From positions 5,591-69,590 of the forward strand of contig CAYZYT010000002.1 of the NCBI GenBank assembly GCA_964482725.1: 64,000 nt of DNA. Reading direction: 5' to 3'. The DNA comes from an uncultured bacterium (GTDB taxonomy: Bacteria > Omnitrophota > Omnitrophia > Omnitrophales > Aquincolibacteriaceae). Positions 15,001 to 29,300 of the stretch are shown here, piece by piece. The translations under genes were made by a program, and so were the position numbers. The notes beneath the pieces were generated by a model. The model was not told the DNA's origin, ran no database searches, and saw only the letters and a list, made by a program, of their open reading frames with translations. Numbering within the stretch: position 1 is the stretch's first letter; each line of letters opens with the position of its first letter.

Positions 15001-18000
15001 TACGTTCTCGGACCAGGAGGCGTGGCAGGCGGATACGGCGCGGCCGAACGGCGGAGACTGGGTTCGGAAGCTGAGTTTTTCGTCGCAAGTGCGGATGAGT
15101 TGGGGGTATCTGGATTCGATCCGCGATGCGAATTATCTGAAGATGACGACCGCGGAGCAGACAGCGATCGATCTTGCTCTCGGGACGGCGGATCCGATGG
15201 ATCCTCTGATGACTTATACGATGAGCACGAGCGGTAATGATATTAGCTATAGTTGGCAGGATCGCGACCGGAAGATCAATTACACGTTCTCGGACCAGGA
15301 AACGTGGCAGGAGACGAACGTGACAACGCACGCGGGAACTCACGTTCGAAATTGGAGTTTCACGGCACAGGTCCGCGTGGCGAAGGGTGTGGTGCCGGCG
15401 ACGGCCGTGGGATTAATTGCCGCGGAACAGACCGCGCTCACGAATGCTTTGAGAGAGTCCGATCCCAACGGTCTTATCTCCTACACGATGACGACCAGCG
15501 GAAATGACATTAGCTACAGCTGGCAGGATAAGGATAAGAAGATCAGTTATACGTTCTCGGACCAGAAAACATGGCAGGCGGATACGGCGCGGCCGAATGG
15601 CGGAGACTGGGTTCGGAAGCTGAGTTTTTCGTCGCAGGTGCGGATGAGTTGGGGGTATCTGGATTCGATCCGTGATGCGAATTATCTGAAGATGACCCCC
15701 GTGGAACAGACGGCGATCGATCTTGCTCTCGGGACGGTGGATCCTCATGATCCTCTGCTGACTTATACGATGAGCACGAGCGGTAATGATATTAGCTATA
15801 GTTGGCAGGATCGCGACCGGAAGATGAATTACACGTTCTCGGACCAGGAAACGTGGCAGGAGACGAACGTGACAACGCGCGCCGGAGCAATGATTCGGAA
15901 GCTGGCTTTTGCGTCCCAGGTGCGAGTGGCAAAGAGCGCGGTGCCGGCCACGGTCGCGGGATTACCGGCCGCGGAGCAGACGGCGCTCACGAATGCCCTG
16001 AGTGAATCCGATCCGAACGGTCTTATTGCATACACCTATTCGGTGAGCGGGAATGACAAGAATTACAGCTGGCAGGATAAGGACAGGAAGTTCAGCTATA
16101 CGTTCTCGGACCTGGAAGCATGGCAGGCGGATACCGCGCGACCGAACGGTGGAGACTGGGTGCGGAAGCCGAGCTTTTCGTCGCAAGTCCGGGTGAGTTG
16201 GGGTTATCTGGATTCGATCCGCGATGCGAATTATCTGAAGATGACGACCGCGGAGCAGACGGCGATCGATCTTGCTCTCGGGACGGTGGATCCGAATGAT
16301 TCTCTGGTAACTTATACCTTATCGTTGAACGGTAATGATATCGGTTGCAGTTGGCTGGACCGGGATAAAAAGATCAGTTACACGTTCTCGGACCAGGAAG
16401 TGTGGCAGGCGGATTCCACGCGGCCGAATGGCGGGGATTGGGTACGGAAATCAAGCTTTACATCCCAGGTGCGAGTGGCAAAGAGCGTGGTGCCGGCGAC
16501 GGTCGCGGGATTAACGACCGCGGAACAGACGGCGCTCACGAGTGCCTTGAGTGAATCCGATCCGAACGGTCTTATCGCGTACACCTATTCGCTGAGCGGT
16601 ACCGACCAGAGTTACAGCTGGCAGGATAAAGATAAAAAGGTTAATTATACGCTTACGGGCCAGGAGATATGGCAAGCAGATCCGGCGCGGCCGAACGGCG
16701 GGGACATGATTCGGAAGTGGAATTTTGCGACGCAGATCCGTATGAGTTATGCCTATATTTATGCGCAGTCGCAGGATGCAGCGGTGCGCGCGCAGTTGAC
16801 GGATACGGAGAAGAACGCTCTTGATGCGGCGGTAGCCTTGGGCCTGAACGATCCTTGGGTGACCTACACGATGGCGGTCAGCGGCACGGATACAAGCTAC
16901 AGCTGGCAGTCGGCGGACCGGAAGACCAGTTACACCTTTTCCCAAGCGTGGAGCTGGCAGCAGGTGACGATGGCGGAGACGCTTCCGGCGAATGCCGTGA
17001 CCAAGACGGAGAACGGGAAGAAATACCTTTGGAGCCCGAAGTGGAGTTTTTCGACGCAGGTCCGGATCGCGAAGAATGTCATTCCCGCGATCGTTCCAGG
17101 ATTAACGACCGCAGAACAAACGGCGCTGACGAGCGCCTTAAACGAATCCGATCCGAACGGCCTTATGGTCTACACCCAGAGTACGAGCGGGAACGATATC
17201 AGCTACAGCTGGCAGTCGGGAGATAAGAAGGCGAGCTATACGTTCACACAGGCATGGAGCTGGCAGCAGGTGACAACGGCGGAGACCCTCCCGGCGAATG
17301 CCGTGACCAAGACGGAGAACGGAAAAAAATATCTTTGGAGTCCGAAGTGGAGTTTTGCCGCACAGATCCGGGTAAGTTACGCGGCGATCTATGCCCGGTC
17401 TCAAGCGGTTGCCGTGCGCGCACCGATGACGCAGGCCGAACGGAATGCGCTGGATGCGGCGGTGGCATTAGGTCAGACGGATCCCTCATTGGTCTTTACC
17501 ATGACATTGGGCGGCACGGACGTGAGTTACGGCTGGCAGGATGCTGGGAAAGTTCACAATTATACGCTGAGTGGAACGGGCATTCGCGAAAAACAGATCG
17601 ACGGAACTTATAGCGACCGGGTGAAATCATCTTTCTCAGATCAGGTTCGTGCGAGTTGGGCGGTGATGGATGCGGCCCGGGACGGTCTGAACGGAAAATT
17701 AAGCGCATCGCAATGGGCGGCCTTGAACACGGCGCTCGGGGTGACGGATCCCGGGAATGCACTGATCAGCTATACGGTGACCCAGAGCGGGGAAGATATG
17801 AATTATGGCTGGACCTCCTTGGACCGGTCAATCACCTATGCCCTCAGCTTCGCTAAAGTGATCTACACGAACGGGACAAGCGATTATGACCCGAGTTTCA
17901 CGGCTCAGAGTTATGTCAGTCATGCCGTCGTGAGTCAATATCAGAACGGTGTTCCTTCCGGGCAGCAAGAGGATCTTACGGCGGCGCTGGCGCATGCCAC

Positions 18001-20300
18001 GACGCGTGGTTTTGTGTCCCTCAGCATGACAGGCGACGATTCCGTTTTCACGTGGGAATCCTCCGACAAAAAATCGAATTTTACGCTATCGTCCATCAAA
18101 ACTCTTTATTCGGGAACGACCCCGGTGGAATATAAACAGAGTTTCTCGGTCCAGGAATATGTTAGCAAGGTCGTGGTGGCGCAGTGGCTTGCGAGTGTTC
18201 CCGCGAATGAGCAAATTGCTTTCGAGACAGCTCTCAAGAACGCATCCCCGAACGCGACTTTCTTTACGGGGGCCAAATCTGGAACGGATTATTCATACAA
18301 TTGGCAATCGGCGGACCGGGGTACTTCCTATACTGTGACCCGGAACCTGATAAGCCTCCGGTCGAATACCGTTCAGCCTCCGGTTTATACCCAGGGGATC
18401 GCAACCCGCTTCTCCTATTCCGCCCGTATCAATCCCGCTTCCGCACAATTGACCGTGGTGAACGGAGTGACGTACCTGAACGGAACGGTCGTGGTGATCA
18501 CGAGTGATCAGAAGAATACGCTTCAGCGGCTTTTGAACAACACTCAGGTTCGTGTTGCCGAAATTGTGAGCGGAACCCAAGTGACTTATGATGTCTCGCT
18601 TTCGGAAGCGTCTGCGACGACCTATTCTCTGACGATGAACGGGGCGGCGGTGGAGCCAAAATGGGATTTCTCTTCCAAAACGCGCGTGAAGGCGGCCGAT
18701 ATCGCGGCGCTTATCACCGCGAACGGAAATGCGTTATTGAATACCATGGAAACCAGGGCCGACGGAACGGGGATGCGAGATCAGTTCGAAGATGATTTTC
18801 TGACACCCGTGCAGAACGGCGGGGTCCTGATGGATGACCACGGAGACGTAGAATTCTATCGTTCGGAGATGGGGGTGAGCGCGGCGGTTTCAGTGACGAG
18901 CTATTCCTGGCAGGCGAATGACGTGAGCTTTACTCTTTCGCTCGACGCGTTCATGCCGTCCGGAACCGGAGTGAGCGCTGCGACAAAAACAGTTGCGACT
19001 TACAGCCGTCAGGCCCAAGTCACCCGGGATGTGATCGGAAGTATCATTGGAAATCTTGTGATCGATTCGGTCCAAAAGGCCGCGCTGACGAACGCGGCAA
19101 GAACGGGTGCTTTTGACAAAACGGATGATCTTACGGTGTTCAGCTGGAGCGTGAGCGGGACCAATGACAGCTTTTCCTGGCAATCGGAAAACGGTACGGT
19201 GTCCCACTCTCTTTCGCTCGATAAAAATTTCCCAGCCGTGGGAGTCGGCGGGGTGGCCTCGACAAAAGTGATCGCGAATTATTCCGTCATGACGACCGTA
19301 AAACGCTCGGAGATCCAGGCGCTTATCGCGAAGGTTTTGTCTACGGACGGAGACACACGAGAAAAAGATGCGCTGCAAGCGGCGCTTAATGCGGCTCTTT
19401 TGACCACGAGTTTTTCCAAGACCGTGAGCGGCTTGAGTGAAAGCTACAGCTGGAGTTCTCCCGACGGCAATACGACGCACAGAGTCAGTCTGGATAATTA
19501 TGTGCCCTCCGGCACTCAGCCGGGGACCTATACGTCTGTCGCGAGTTACAACGTCCAGCAGAGGATCAGTCTGGAAAAGGTGAAGGAGCTTCTGAACAAC
19601 GGCCAGATCAAGGACTCGAAACAGCTTGCGATGCTCGTGACGGCGCTTGCTTCAAACAACGGGGATCTTCCCTATACCAGTTTCACGATGAGCAGTTCTG
19701 TCGGCCAGCAGAGTTACTCGTGGTCCTCGCTTGACGGGAATACGAATCATTCCGTTTCGTTCGAGACCGACCCGGACAGCACGACCGAACCGAAAGCACT
19801 GCGCGCGAGTTACAGCCAATCGGTCCGCGTTACGAAGGAAACGGTCCAGGCACAGCTAGCCACTATCTATGAAGCGGACCAACGGGCGCTTTTGAGTGCG
19901 GCGCTGGCCGCTGCGGATCCGGCGATGACGTTCTTTAAGCAACTGATCGGGAGCAGTGAACGGGCCACACCGAAGGTGTCGTATTCGTTCTCCTCAGCGG
20001 ACGGGAATGTCTCGCACCAGATCGGTTTTGATGCTGCAGATTCGACCCGCGGCAGTTACACGAAACAGGAGCGGGTGAGCCGGGAGCAGATCCTGAGCGA
20101 GATGGCGGCCGAAAACGCTTTTACGACGACAGATACCGTTGCTCTTGTCGCGGAAAAAAGGACGTTTCTCGAGAAATTGCAAGCCTATGCCGCGAGTTTC
20201 TTTTATAAAGCCATTTCGGGGATCGATGTTTCGTATACCTGGAGTGTTGCGGCCGCGACGGGGATCGGGCTTGGTATCTTGAACATTCTCTCTACGGCGA
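2..20300 (+). repeat. Repeat family 1 within the giant CDS: many roughly 80-110 aa units of helical hairpin plus beta-strands
   Basis: Recurring motif F/Y-x-K/R-x-x-(S/A)G-x-D-x-(S/T)Y(Q/S)W-x-S...SY(S/T)L...(W)xF(S/T)xQxRV. The consensus drifts gradually along the array. Confidence 0.85.
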
Positions 20301-23300
20301 TGAACGGCGGCTACACATGGACCGTTCAGAATACCGTTTCGCGGAATGTCTTGGGAGCTAATTATTTCGGGATCAATGGTATCGATGCTTTTAACGGACA
20401 AGATGTCACGCATGTGGTGACCTACCGCTCGACGCTTCTGGGCGGAACTCTCGATTCAGAAAGTTACTCCATCATTTCTAAGAACGGCCTAGAAACACGC
20501 ACGGTGAATCGTGATGCGGTGACCGCCCCCTGGATCCGCGGCATACAGACCCAGCAACGGTCCACCGCTCAGAATCCCGTGACTTATGAAGGCAAGACCG
20601 GCGACTGGATCATCACCTCGAATTATCTTGGCACCGCATTCGCCGCAGTGCCCGGAAAAACGGAATACTCGTTGCAGCTTCTTGAAAAAATCCAGGTTTT
20701 GGATCCGGTGACCCAAGCGCCGGTCGGCTATCGGAAAACCGGGGTGACTTATATGATCAACTCGGGGACAGACGACACGTTTGATCCGACTAAATCCGAT
20801 TACAAAATGATGAAACAAATTCAGCTGCTGAAGCCGGGCTCCGCAGAAAACAAGACCGAACCGTTCCAGGGCAAGATCGGTGTCTGGACGCGGCTCATCA
20901 CCGAGTTGAACGCCGGATTCACGGAAGTCGCCGGACTGGCAGACTACAGTTTGCAGTTCGATACCCGTGAAGGGAATGACAATATTACGTATAGCATTTC
21001 CGGATTTGACAGCGCAGCTTTTACGACCGGGGACCTTGAGATGTCCACGCAAACCCAGACCTGGGGTAAGTTCGGGGGCGACGCGCAGGCCAATCCTCCG
21101 AAAGAAGGCCAGGAAGGGAAGTGGAGCAATACGGTCAGTGGCCTTGGCAAGAACTTCGGGGTGATCGGCGGGACGGAATACAGCCGGAGTCTTGTGAAGA
21201 TCGGTGCGGACGGATTAAAGACCGGGAAGACCTACATCATCTCCGGTTATTCGGATGCCGGTTTCAAGGCAACGGATCCAGCGTTGAAATATACGATCCA
21301 GGAAAAAGAAGCGATCGAAACGACGGTCACGATCATTGATCACCCGGTCAATGGGTACTGGATGCGGACTTCGAGCAATCTCGAAGCCGGTTTTACCGAT
21401 GTTTCAAAACGTGGGGACTACAACCGGCAGTTGGTCGATCCCGTTGAAAAAGATGTCACCTATGTCATTTCGGGATACGACGCGACTTTTGATCCCGCCG
21501 TGCAAGGCCTCAGGATCGAATACTCCAAGCAGGAAAAAGAACACAACCAAACCTACGGGACGGCAACAACGCCGCCCCTCAAAGGGAACGGCATCAAGAT
21601 CTCGAGCAAGTTGACCAGCACCTTCGCCGATGACTCGGGCGAATCCGAATACAGTCGCCAGCTTGTGGGCCGCGATCCCCTCACGGGAGTGCGGACCGGC
21701 ATTACTTATGTGATCTCGGGTTATAACAAGGATTTCACCGCCGCCCCCTCAGGAAAGCGTCTTACTTATTCCATGAGCGAAAAAGAATCGGCCTCGACAT
21801 GCTATGGGACCGAAGCCTGCGGTCAGTGGACGAAGATTTCAAGCAACCTCAAGAGTGATTTCGGGGTCCAAACTTCCACGAAATACAGCCGCCAGTTAAG
21901 CGAAAAAGATACGACGTATACGATTTCCGGGTATGACAAGAATTTCAGTAATGCGACTTCCGGTCTAGAATATTCCAAGCAGGTCACGGAATACGGCAAG
22001 ACCTATTTCGGTGTCCCTGGGAAATGGACGAAGGTCTATAGCCGCTTGGATTCCGATTTCACGGAGGGAACAGAAGCTCAATACGCATTGCAGTTTGAAG
22101 ATAAGGACGGACATTACGGCGGGGATGCCTCCAAGGGGATCCCGGACAAAGAGGGGGGCTGGATCAAGAGCTACAGCAATCTTACGAGTAATTTCACGGA
22201 ACAGGAATCGAGTAAGTACAGCCTCCAGCTGTCCGAGAACTCCGTGGAGATCACGGTCGGTGTGCCGAACACAACCACGGTGGACGGAGTGGAGGTGACC
22301 ACGGTCGTTCCGACGATCTTGAGCGGAGATGCCACCTTTGTGATCGGCGGTTTTGACAGCAGCTTCAACAGTGGCTGCGGCACGTCCTGCCCGGTCCTGG
22401 AGTATTCAAAGTCCGTCAAAACTTATGGCACCACCAATACCTTCGGTGAGGGAGACTGGACCTACAGCTACAGCGAACTGAGTTCGGCTTTTCAGATTGA
22501 GGCCACGACCAAGTACAGCGCGCAGCTCGAGGAAGGACGCCAGACTTACGGCGGACAGGAAGGGGATTGGAATCAGATCTATAGCAATCTGGCATCGAAT
22601 TTCACGGCGACCACGGCTAGCAAGTACAGTCGCCAAATGACGCGGGCGGATACCACCTTCGTGATCTCGGGTTATAACAGTTCCTTTGCCTCCGCCCAGA
22701 ACGCCGTGGTGGGTCTCGAATATGCCAAGCAGATCCAGACCTATAACAAGACCTTTCTCGGCAAGAACGGGAACTGGGTCAACATGATCAGCAAGCTCTC
22801 AAATACTTTTGCGGAACAGCCCGGAACGAGTGAGTATATGAAGCAGCTGTCGGAGCCGGAATTCACCTACACGATCGCCGGGTTCGAGAATAATACGTTC
22901 TCAATGACCGATCCCAATGTCACGCTTTCGGTCTCCGAAGAGCAATCCGGTTTTGCCGATCTTGATACCGGGATCCTCCCCGCATCTTTGACCGGCCGGA
23001 AAGCGACGGCGATCTACGGCGTGGATAATGTTGCGAACGCCTTTGCGGATTTCAAAAGCCATGTGATCTCGTACAGCGAACAGTTGGATGTCTCGGAAGG
23101 GAACGACGGGAGCCTGCTCCGTAGCGCAAGTTATGTGGTCAATGAGGATCATACGATCGACCATGCCGTCAGCACCGGACTGATCGGTGCTTCGACGAAC
23201 CGGAAACTTTCGGAAACCTTGACCGAGATCACCGGCTATTCCGATCTCACCTTTACCGTTCCGGAGAGCATTTCCTGGCAAGATAAAAAAGATGCGAAGA

Positions 23301-26300
23301 CGACGGAGGTGACGACTTTTGACATAGCGACTTATAATTTTTCGGCATCCGATCTCACGACCAATGCCTCGAAGGCGATCGGATGGATGCTTTCGATGGA
23401 TCTGACCAAGAGCGTGACCCGAACCCTGACGTTCAAGGACTCGACCCGCACCACGATCACGGATATCCAGGATACCCATTATGCGGTCAAGACCGGTCGC
23501 GGCCGGTCGGAAGACTACGCGATTGGATACGACTCGTCGGTTTTCGGAACATCCGGTTACCCCGAGATCGCCGCGGGAAAACTCAGTGCCAAGACTTATA
23601 CCGAGTACGTTTATGGCGCGACGGGCGTACTTTTGGGGCAACGTGTTTATGACCTCACGCTGGCGGCGGGAACCGGTTCCCAGGCAGGGTATCAGTCCAC
23701 CGGGGCTCAGATCCTGACCGGCCAAGCCGCCGGAAATGCCATGACCTACAATGTGGATTTCGGTCCCTCGACTCAGGATTGGTATCTCTCGGGATCGGTC
23801 GACGCGGGTTTTCTCTGGATTCCCGTGACCAGTACGGAAACATTCAGCGGAAGCGCGCTTCCGTCCGGCTGGCAAGGTTCCGGGACTTCCGTTTCGAGCG
23901 GGGATGCCGTCATGACCGGGACCGGAGCGAACTACAACACCCAGATGCTCTCCAGCACCGTGCCAGTGGATCACCTGACGGGTCTCTCTGTGGATTTTCA
24001 GGATCCCGCAAACACGCTTGCGCCGGTTACGATCTCGCAAGTGAACGGATCGGCCACCATTTCGCCGACCTCTGGATGGACGACGAACGGAACTGCAACC
24101 TATAACAATTCGCCGGGCATGGCTTATTACTCCATTAATTTTGGGACCGGAGAGGAGGGGGTGCAACTGGCGTTGAATGTGCAGAATCACATGAATGGGA
24201 CTTTTAACCCTAAACCCGGCAGCAACTACAACATTATCACTCAGGTTTGTACTGGAACGGTTTGCTCCGCAACTTCCACGGATTGGGTCACTATCGGGAC
24301 GATGAATATTTCCGCCTCGAACACCGCGCAGACCGGCACCTTGAACTTGGCCGCGGGACTCTACAGCGGGACCCAAAAAGTCCGTTTCAATTGGACCAAT
24401 GACGAGTATTCAAACACCACGCTTCTGAAATGGGACAACAACCTTCAGATCAACAGTGTCAGCGTCCTGGATGCGACGCCATCCACGTTCCACACCCTCG
24501 CAATCGAAAATGGATTGACCGGGACCTCTTACCAGAGATTCGGATTGGTGGCATTTACAGACGGTGCCATGAATTATTTCAGGGTCCAGACCTGCACCGG
24601 AACGAATGCGTGCACCTGGATGAAAGACGGCAGTCAACAAGATATCAAGATCATGTATGTCCCAGCAAAAACGTATACGCTGGATTATGGTTTTTCGGGA
24701 GGGCAGATCCAGCTTTACCTTCATGAGAAGGGCACGGCCAAACCGGCGACCGCGAGTGCTTCGATCTCGGCGACAGGATGGTCGCAAGCCGCGTTTCATT
24801 CCTGGATCTACCGGGGTACGGCGAATGTCCAGGAAGTTCGCACCACCCAGGAGACGCTGATCGATCGAAGTTTCAAGATCGAGGTTCAGAATAATGGGCA
24901 GTGGATCGATATGGGAGTCCAGACCGTGGCGGCCGCGGCCACTTCCACTGCTTTTTCGATCGCAAACACAACCCAGCTTTCCGGAACTCACTCGGTCCGA
25001 ATCACCCCGTTGACCGGATCCACCAGTGTCGCGATGAGCGGCCTTACGGTCCTGACGAAGCCTCTGGATAATGCTTATGTGAGACCCTCGGCGACTTCAC
25101 TCGTATCGGAAAATTTTTATACCGGAGCGAAGTTCCGCGAGATCCTGGCGCGCACCGAGTCGGTTTCTTTCGCGGCCGGAGTCAAGATCATTGACAGCAC
25201 TTCCACGTATTTTTATATCAAACCGGGGGTCGGTGTCGCAGCGGCAACGATCGTCCCGGCTTCCGAGGTGACCAATAAAGCTTGGAAGCTTGCTTATGCG
25301 GAAGCCCGGGATCCCAAAGCCGGGACCACCGGAACCAATGCGAACGTCAACGGCCTTCTTCTCTCAAGGACTTTTTACCGCGCGGACGGACAAACGAGCG
25401 ATTATGTCGTGACCTACGACGCCACAGGCGCGGCCGCGACCCGGGACCAATATATTTACCGGACACCCCTTCTGGGCGATCTGCAAAGCCCCAAAGCCCG
25501 GGATCTGATCTCGATCATTCAGTATCAGATCAATGGGTCGGCCAACGTGAATGTTGGCGATCTCATTACCAAGGTTCAGCTCACGAACCTGTATACCGAC
25601 GCGAATATTCCGGCGGCTTTCGCCGCAACTTCACCCGAGGTTCTTTTAATGAAGGAGCTCGGAAAAGATACGACGTTCCTCTGGCTCCAGAGTAATGTGA
25701 CGGATCTGCCGGCCAATCAGCCAGTCGTGCTTGTCTCCTCGCCGGTGAGTTATCCTGTGACCGGAACGCCGAATCAGACAACCCAGACCCAGGCTTTTGA
25801 TTCTGCCGACGTTTTGCAGCAGTCAACTACGGAAACCTTTGGTGGGATTTTACCGGCGGGATGGCAGACGGGCGGCATCACGACGGTTTCCAACGGAAAC
25901 ATCTCTCTGGTAGGGACCGGGACGGGCTACGACACGAATGTTTCCGGACCGGTCGTGACGAATCCGTCCTCCATCGCGATCGATTTCCAGGACAGCACCG
26001 CCTACACCGGACTTGTGTCGCAGCAATATTATCTGGATTTTGCAAACCCAGGCCAAGGAGCGGAGGTGATCCTCGCTCCCTTGGCAACAGGCGGGGAATT
26101 TGCGATCGACGGGCAGTTGACGGATAGCGGCTCGACCGGATTCTGGACCGCGCCTGCAGCTCAAAACGAAACGTTGACCCAGCTGGGAACGATCGATTTG
26201 GGGCAGTCCCAGAGGATTAACCAGATCACGGTCCAGTTGTGGGACGGGGAAAGTGCCCGGGTTTACTACAATTACAAAGTCGAGGTTTCAACGAATAAGC

Positions 26301-29300
26301 TGATATGGACCAGCGTTTTTGACGGAACCGGAAGTGGAGTGAATTATTCGGGGGCACAAACCATCAACTTTGTGGCTCGCGATGTTCGATACATCCGGGT
26401 CTCGTCAAGCGGCAACAGTACGAACGCCGTTGCGCATATTGAAGAAGTGGATGCGAGATTGATCCCGTATATCCCCGGAAGCGACCAATACATTGTGGTG
26501 AGTACGGTCAGCGGTTCGGCTTATGATACAACGACCAATACGAATACCGCGGATACCTATCGCTGGATGGTGGATTCCACGACCGGCGCAATCTACAATA
26601 ATTATGATTCCATAGACCGTCCTTCCGCAGGGGCCGCCTATTACCAGATGAATTTTGGAGCCGGCGCCGGAGGCCAGGTTCTGGAGCTTAATGTTCAGAA
26701 CCATGTCTACAATAGCTATCTGCCGGTCACGAACAGTGTCTATAACGTTCGCGTCGAGGTCTGCACCGGCACGACTTGCTCCGCCACATCCACCGATTGG
26801 GCCAGTCTCGGAACGATGGATATCGCCGCGTCATCCTCGGGACAGACCGGGCGTCTTGCGATCCCGGCGGGATTTGGCGGCACGCACAAAGTGAGGATCT
26901 TCTGGCTGAACGATCTTGCGCAGAATAGCCAGGACAACAATATTCAGATCAATAGTGTTCGCATTCTGGATCGAGCGCCGTCATCGCTCCAGCACATTGC
27001 GATCGAAGACGTCAGTCAGGGTGCTTCGGGTACGGCCGGGTACCGACGCTTTGGGCTTGTCGCGTTCCGCGATGAGGTTACGGGCTCGAATTATTACAAA
27101 GTCCAGGTGATCGAGGGAGGAACCCTTCGCTGGCTTCAGGACGATCATAAGCTCGACGATCTCCGGATCGACTACACTCCCACGAAGAGCTATACCGCGG
27201 ATTTCCGCTTCGAGAACGGCTCGATCAAGCTCTACTTCTTTGAAAAGGGAGCGAACCAGCCGGGGAATCCCCGGGCATCGATTTCGGCTGCCGGATGGCT
27301 GCAGGCGAACGCTCATTCATGGATCTATCGCGGCACGGCCAATATCCAGGAAGTCCGTTCCACTCAGACCGTGCTTTCCCAAAACTGGCAGTTCGCGGGC
27401 GCCTCGGTCAATAACGGCGTCATTACGCTAACGGGAACAGGAAGCAGTTATGGCAGCAATGTCTCCGGTCCGGCGGTTACGAACCCGACCTCCATGGCGG
27501 TCGATTTCCAGAACGGTACTCAATATACGGGAGCCGTCGCGCCTCCATATTACGTGGACTACGCGAGCGCCGCCCAGGGCGCTACTGTGATCAATGATCT
27601 CCAGACGGAAAGATTTTTCACCCCGGGACTTCCGGCGGGATGGACCACGGGCGGTGGGAACATCACTTATAATTTAGACGATCTTGTGATGACCGGGACC
27701 GGGAGCAATTGGAACACCAATGTTGCTTCCTCTTTGACTCCGGTGACCGAAGGGACGACTTATTCGATCGATTTTGCGACCCAGAATGCAAATACCCAGC
27801 TTTATCTGGCCGTGGACAACGGGGATGATTCTTCGTCGAGTTATAAACGTTTCGGGATTGTGCAGTTCTTCGATACCACAACCCAGAAGGCTTATTTCAA
27901 GATCCAGATCATTACCAACGGAACCAGTTCTTCAACCTTCGCAAAAGATGTGAACGGTAATGAGATTCGGATCAATTTCGAAGCAGCTCCAACGCATACG
28001 GTTCAGTTTAAATTTACCAATGGTCAGATCGCGCTTTCGTTTGACGGGCAGTCGGTTTACACGCTTTCCAATAACCTTGGAATGACAGCCTCGCGTTTTC
28101 ATAGCTACATCTGGAGTGGAAACGCCCGGCTGCAGGAAGTCCGTACGCTGACGACGGCGTGGGGTGCGAATTTTGCGATCGACGGAACTCAAACGGACAG
28201 CGGTTCGACAGGATTCTGGACGGTCAATACCGGAAATTCAATCACTCCCAGTACGGTGGCAAGCCCCACGAACGCGGAGCGTTTGGCGGAAGTGGGTGTA
28301 ATCGATATGGGGCAGCTGCGCACGATCAACCAGATCATGCTCCAACTCTGGGATGGGACGTCGTCCACGCGGGATAGCCGCCAATATTACAATTACATGG
28401 TCCAGGTTTCCACGGACAATGTTAACTGGAACACGATTTTTGACGGTACCGGAAGCGGCCAGAATTATCAAGGAGCGCAAACCCTGGATTTCACCGCGCA
28501 GGACGTGCGCTATATCAAAGTTTTTTCCAGCGGGAACACCACGAACAGCGGGGCCCATATTGAAGAAGTGACGGCGCAATTGGTACCCCCGAGTCCCGCG
28601 CTTCAACCGATAGACGGGGTGAATGGTTCTGATGTGATCGCCTCCATGACCCATACGTCTGGCACTCACCCCTGGGTCGTGGATTCAAGGAGCAACTCCA
28701 TTTCGAATCTATGGGATTCGTATGACAGCGCCGGAGCCGTTTACTATCAAATGAATTTCGGCTCTGCCGGGGACAATCGAGTTCTGGAATTGGATGTTCA
28801 GAACACTCCCTATAACAATTATGACCCGGTCGCGCTCAGTTCTTACAATGTGGTGGCCCAGGTCTGTCTGAAAGCAAGCTGCGCAACGGACGCGGATTGG
28901 ATCGGCCTAGGGGCTATGGACATCGCCGCATCCCGATTCCAGCAGACCGGTCGGTTGAGTATTTCTTCGGCGGTCACGGGTTCTCACGTGATGCGGCTTA
29001 TCTGGACCAACGATCAGGCCGCGAGTAGTCAGGACAACAACATTCAGATCAATAGTATTCGTACCGCAAAGGTGTTATCCGTTTCTCCAACGCCGGAGCC
29101 GCTGGTGATTTCACAAGCAACGGGGGCTTCCTATATTGCGCCGACCGATGTCAGTTCAAGTAACGTGTGGTATCGATGGTCCGTAGACGCTGCGACCCAA
29201 AGTATCTACACGTACGGAGATACCGCTGAGATGGCGCAGCAGCCTGGGGCTGCGTATTATTCCATGGATTTCGGGAATACGCTCGGAAGTCGGGATCTGG

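Noticed and set aside
12880-16740. Tandem array as a CRISPR array or mobile element
   Set aside because: Units are 549 bp, in frame and coding. There is no short repeat with unique spacers, and no cas or transposase gene.
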